DNA of 64,000 bases from an uncultured Holophagales bacterium (GTDB lineage: Bacteria > Acidobacteriota > Thermoanaerobaculia > Multivoradales > UBA5704). The notes under the pieces are model-generated. The model saw only the letters and a list, made by a program, of their open reading frames with translations, had not been told where the DNA came from and ran no database searches. Location: contig CAWJQA010000001.1 of assembly GCA_963844885.1 (NCBI GenBank), forward strand, positions 68,575 through 132,574, in the 5' to 3' direction. The translations under genes and the position numbers were made by a program. This document shows, piece after piece, positions 60,338-64,000 of the stretch. The first letter of the stretch is position 1. Every line of letters starts with the position of its first letter.

Positions 60338-61270
60338 TCAATCCACGTAGCCGTCCCGGGTCCGGGCTCGGCTCCTGCCATCCTGGACGCCGTCCCGGAC
60401 CCGGACCTCGATCTTGTGCCAGGAGCCGTCATTCCGGTCCTTCGTGGGCTGGAAGCCGAGCACGTACTGCTCCCGCAGCTCGCGCAGGATGCGCTGGAGC
60501 GCGGCGCCCACCTGGCCGACGTCCGGGATGACCTCCACCCGGCCGCCGCTTTCCGTGACGACCGTTTCCAACAGGGCGAGTTGCTCGCCGTGCCCTTTGC
60601 GGTCGCGCCAGGACGACGAGCGCTCGATCCGGCCCCGGGTCTCATCCTGGAGCCGGATCCAGTAGATCAGCGCCTGGCCACGGCGGGCGGCCCAGCGTAC
60701 GTCTTCCATCCCGAGTGTGCTTTCGATGTCCACGCCGTCGCTCAGCAGCACCACGACCTTGCGGCCGAGGCGCCCCTCCAGCTCTTTGAGCGCCACATAA
60801 AGGTGATCGTTGATCGCCGAGCCGCCTCGCGCTTCGACCCCCGAGACCGGCGCCAGCAGCGTGGCCGCGTCGTTGGAAAACGGTGTGCGCATCAACAGCT
60901 CGTCTGAAAAGAGCATCACCGAGACCTCGTCCTGCGGCAGCACCCGGGAGATGAAGGCGCGCGCGCCGTCGGCAGCCGTGCGCAGGCGGTCTCCCTCCAT
61001 GCTTGCGCTGGCGTCGAGGAGCAGCACCGCCGAGAGCGCCAGGTCGCCGCGGGCGAAGGTGGAGACGGCCTGGGGCTCGCCGTCGTCCAGGATCTCGAAG
61101 TCCGCCGCGGTGAGGTCGAGCACCGGCGCGCCGGCTCCCCGCGTCACGGTCACGTAGAGCTGCTGCAACTCGACGTTGATGACCTCGTCCACGTGGATCT
61201 CCGCCTCGGCCGGAGGAGGAGGCTGGATCTGGAGGAGGAGCGGGAGAAGCAGGGCCGGCAGCAGCATCAA
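60338..61270 (-). CDS. VWA-domain protein (acidobacterial VWFA type)
   Basis: DLTAADFEILDDG, LLLDASASM, VVLLSDGVD, ELREQYVLGF, WHKIEVRV...RTRDGY. Confidence 0.9.
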   Translation of the reverse strand: MMLLPALLLPLLLQIQPPPPAEAEIHVDEVINVELQQLYVTVTRGAGAPVLDLTAADFEILDDGEPQAVSTFARGDLALSAVLLLDASASMEGDRLRTAADGARAFISRVLPQDEVSVMLFSDELLMRTPFSNDAATLLAPVSGVEARGGSAINDHLYVALKELEGRLGRKVVVLLSDGVDIESTLGMEDVRWAARRGQALIYWIRLQDETRGRIERSSSWRDRKGHGEQLALLETVVTESGGRVEVIPDVGQVGAALQRILRELREQYVLGFQPTKDRNDGSWHKIEVRVRDGVQDGRSRARTRDGYVD

Positions 61271-63318
61271 CGTGTTTTTCCGGAGAAATCATCCAGCGCC
61301 CTGGAGAGCGCCGCGAGGCGGAGGATCGACTGCTGGGTGAGCGACCGGCGGGCCTCTTCCAGGGCCGCGGCCGGCCACTGGCCATAGCGGTGGCGCGGCG
61401 AGCCGCCGGCCTCTTTGCCCTTGGATACCGGGCGCAGCCGGTCTACGATCTCCCGCGCGGTTGTGGCCGACCCTTGGCGGTCGAGCAGATAGGCGAGCTG
61501 CACCGCGAGCTGCGGCTCTCCGGGAAGCCGGGCCACAGCCTGCTTGAGGAGCGCCACGGCGTCGGCCGGCCGCTGGTTGTGGAGATGGATGCGGACCATC
61601 TCCTGATACGCGATGGTGCGGACCCAATCCGGGCCGGGCTCGGAGATCAGGGTCTGGAACGCCTGCCGGGCTTCGGCGGTCCTGCCGACCCGGTCGAGAT
61701 TCACGCTCAACCGCAGACGCGCCTCGAAGCTCTCCGGGTGGGCCCGGGCCACCCCCTCCAGAACCTTTACGGCCTCGGGATAGTCGCCGTCGCGCTCGTA
61801 GCTCGCGGCGAGGAACAGGCCCGCGGCCTCGCCGCGGCTGTCGAGCGTCAGCGCCCGGCCGAGCAGCTCGCGGCCGGCGCCCTGGACCCCCGAGGCGAGG
61901 AGGTCCGCCGCCAGGCTGAGCAGGGCCTGGGCCGCGACCGCGGCGGAGCCTCCCCGGCCGGCGTAGACCGCGATCAGATCGGCCGAGGTGCGGCGGGCGT
62001 TCTCGGCGAGGAGGTAGTCCCGGCCGTCGCGCAGCTTGCGGTAGAGCTCGGCGTGCAGGACGGTCAAGGGGAGGAGCGCTTCGGGATCGGACTTGCCGAG
62101 GCGCTTCGCGGTCTCCAGCTCCACCTCGCGGAGGGCGTCCGCTTCCTGCGGGGATTGGCGGTAGAGGCCGGTCTCGACCTCCGCGAGGCGGTCCACCACC
62201 TGCGCGATCGGCGTGCCCGAGACGAGGGAGCGGACGGCTTCCTCGTACCCTTGCCGGGCGAGGCGCTCGATCTCCGCGTTTCTCTGGCGTCTCTTGCCCT
62301 GAACTTCCGGCACGGCGGCCGGTGCGGGAGCCGCCTCGCCGCCGAGCCGCCGGAGCTGCGCCCAGAGGAGGTCGTGGTCCGGCGCGCCCTCGCCCAGATA
62401 AAGAACGGTCAGCTCGGGCGTCTCCGGCCCGTCCTTGAAGGCGACGGCGGCGCGGTACCGGCCGGTCTCCAGCTTCGGCAGGTCGACGTCCACGGTCAGG
62501 CGCTCCAGGGCGGAGCCCGAAGCCGGAATCCTTTCGATCACGCGGTTGATCACCCGGCAGGGAATCTCCTGCACCGTCTTGCCGAATTCGGTGCGGATGC
62601 GGAGCGTGACCGCCGTGTCGAGGGCCGGCAGACCGCGCCCCAGCACCGCGATCCGACGCGTGCGGCCGGCGGCCAGGAGCGGCAGGGAGGAGGGGAGGCC
62701 CCAGCCTTCGTCCACGAGCAGGGGAGCCAGCTCGGACTCGAGAGAGTCGATCCCTTGCCGCGCCAGAACCCAGCGGCTCCGGGGATCGCTGAACAGGGGT
62801 TGAAGGAGGAGCGGTCCGGTGACCGGTGGTACGGTCACCGGCAGGACGAGCAGGCTGTAGCGCAGCGTGTCCGGGTCTACGACCAGCACCCGGACCGAGC
62901 CCGCGCCGGCCGGCATCGAGACCGACCCCACGAACTTGACGCCGCCGTCGAGCACCGCCTCGCCCCACTGCGCGAGGTCGAACGCGAGTCCCTGCGCCAG
63001 GAAGTCGACGACCGCGCCGTCGGTGCCCATCGCATAGGCATAGATTTCGATCCGCTGCCTCTCGACGCTCCGGCCCGCGAGCAGGCCGTTGCCCTCGATC
63101 TCCACGAAGAGCGGCACGGCGAAGCGGCCGTCCGCCGTCTTTCCCCCGGCGGGCACGGCGAGCGCCGCGACCGGGAGGCCGCCGCCTTCCTTGCCGGTGG
63201 TCAGAAGCGTGGCGATGGGACCCTGAAGGCCGCGCAGCGGCCGGGCCTGGAGCCGGAAATCGAGGCGCTCCTGGGCGGCCAGGGGGAGGGCGGCGAGGAG
63301 AAGAAGGAGAGCCCTCAC
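61267..63318 (-). CDS. Secreted protein with C-terminal TPR repeats
   Basis: Signal peptide VRALLLLLAALPLAAQ, beta-rich middle, TPR-like helices; GTG start inferred (alternative ATG at 63381). Confidence 0.75.
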   Translation of the reverse strand: MRALLLLLAALPLAAQERLDFRLQARPLRGLQGPIATLLTTGKEGGGLPVAALAVPAGGKTADGRFAVPLFVEIEGNGLLAGRSVERQRIEIYAYAMGTDGAVVDFLAQGLAFDLAQWGEAVLDGGVKFVGSVSMPAGAGSVRVLVVDPDTLRYSLLVLPVTVPPVTGPLLLQPLFSDPRSRWVLARQGIDSLESELAPLLVDEGWGLPSSLPLLAAGRTRRIAVLGRGLPALDTAVTLRIRTEFGKTVQEIPCRVINRVIERIPASGSALERLTVDVDLPKLETGRYRAAVAFKDGPETPELTVLYLGEGAPDHDLLWAQLRRLGGEAAPAPAAVPEVQGKRRQRNAEIERLARQGYEEAVRSLVSGTPIAQVVDRLAEVETGLYRQSPQEADALREVELETAKRLGKSDPEALLPLTVLHAELYRKLRDGRDYLLAENARRTSADLIAVYAGRGGSAAVAAQALLSLAADLLASGVQGAGRELLGRALTLDSRGEAAGLFLAASYERDGDYPEAVKVLEGVARAHPESFEARLRLSVNLDRVGRTAEARQAFQTLISEPGPDWVRTIAYQEMVRIHLHNQRPADAVALLKQAVARLPGEPQLAVQLAYLLDRQGSATTAREIVDRLRPVSKGKEAGGSPRHRYGQWPAAALEEARRSLTQQSILRLAALSRALDDFSGKTR

Positions 63319-63472
63319 CCCCCGGCCCCCTCTCCCGGTCCGCCCGAGTCCACCCGCCCCGGGCGAGGGGGAGACTTGCATCGTGTTTTCTTGTGTTTTG
63401 GGTGTGCGGGGGCGCCCCTCGCCCGGGGCGGGTGGACTCGGGTGGACCGGGAGAGGGGTCGGGGGTGAGGGC
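63314..63472. repeat. Inverted pair of CCCTCACCCC-type palindromic elements
   Basis: 63314-63380 and an inverted relative at about 63415-63472, separated by a T-rich spacer. Confidence 0.8.
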
Positions 63473-63475
63473 CGG

Positions 63476-64000
63476 CTAACCACTCTTCTTCCCCTTCTTC
63501 CCCTCTTCCTTCACCACCAGGTCCACGCTTATCGCCGACTCCACGGCCGCCACGTCGTCGCGCACGGCCACGGCCACGCGCCAGGTTCCGGGGCGGACCC
63601 GGAGGCTCGCCTGGTAGACGCCGGTCTGTCCCATGGCCTCCACCATCTTCGCGTTGGCGATGTGGACCGGCGCCTCCATCTTGCCGCCGGAGGAGAGGCC
63701 GCCGCCGGCGTCCTGGGTGAGCAGGAAGATCGAGAGGTGGCCCTCGTGCTCGATCCCCTTCGGGAGGAGCATGAGCCGGGCGAGCGGGATCTTGATCGAG
63801 ACGGGCACCGAGTAGCTGCCGTCGCGCTCCCGCGTCCCGGTCCCCAGCTCGACGCCGAGATCGAGCGGGTTCTCGGTCATTCCGAGAAGCAGAGCCGAGG
63901 CGGCGCGGTCCTGCGTGCGCTGGTCCGCGGTGCGGGCGCGGTAGCCGGCGGCGGCCTGGACGCGCGCTCCCGGCCGCCGGACCCGAACGTCCAGCGAGTG
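63476..64000 (-). CDS. C-terminal part of a probable VWA-family protein (start outside the window)
   Basis: H.LDVRVRRPGARVQAAAGYRAR...ENPLDL...RVAVAVRD. Confidence 0.7.
   Translation of the reverse strand, partial: HSLDVRVRRPGARVQAAAGYRARTADQRTQDRAASALLLGMTENPLDLGVELGTGTRERDGSYSVPVSIKIPLARLMLLPKGIEHEGHLSIFLLTQDAGGGLSSGGKMEAPVHIANAKMVEAMGQTGVYQASLRVRPGTWRVAVAVRDDVAAVESAISVDLVVKEEGKKGKKSG

Overview
High-GC bacterial genomic window. It is probably Acidobacteriota (Thermoanaerobaculia-like), an inference from the VWA/TPR gene pair, gene order and codon bias. Two stretches (about 25.4-26.3 kb and 39.4-44.5 kb) are dense in frameshifts and look like long-read consensus errors. The left third is housekeeping: a partial CHAT-like protease gene missing from the ORF track, ccsA-hemA-hemC-hemD, purA, uvrC, a J-domain protein, RNase P RNA, ldcA, a cNMP-FHA protein, recG, a GT4, trpS, scpAB, rluB, cmk and a BON-LysM protein. 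The middle is accessory. It holds an S8 protease, a split modification cluster (B12 radical SAM, three methyltransferases, two paralogous DxD proteins, an HPr-kinase-like protein, a flavin reductase-like protein and a Gly/aromatic repeat microprotein) and a YbhGFSR/TolC-type ABC exporter. Next come a coiled-coil/winged-helix gene beside an 8 x 41-bp tandem array, and an AT-richer island with a ketosynthase, an ACP, a short ORF, a hydrolase-like gene and an ECF-type transporter. The right end has a large modular secreted protein, a second B12 radical SAM, yhbY, an Asp-box protein and VWA/TPR genes. The best candidates for undescribed systems are the wHTH gene with the ~20.5-bp-phased arrays (related arrays occur elsewhere in the window), the KAS/ACP-sORF-ECF island, the radical SAM/DxD cluster, and a REP-like element that supplies start and stop codons to genes. 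All calls come from motif reading by eye; no database search was run.
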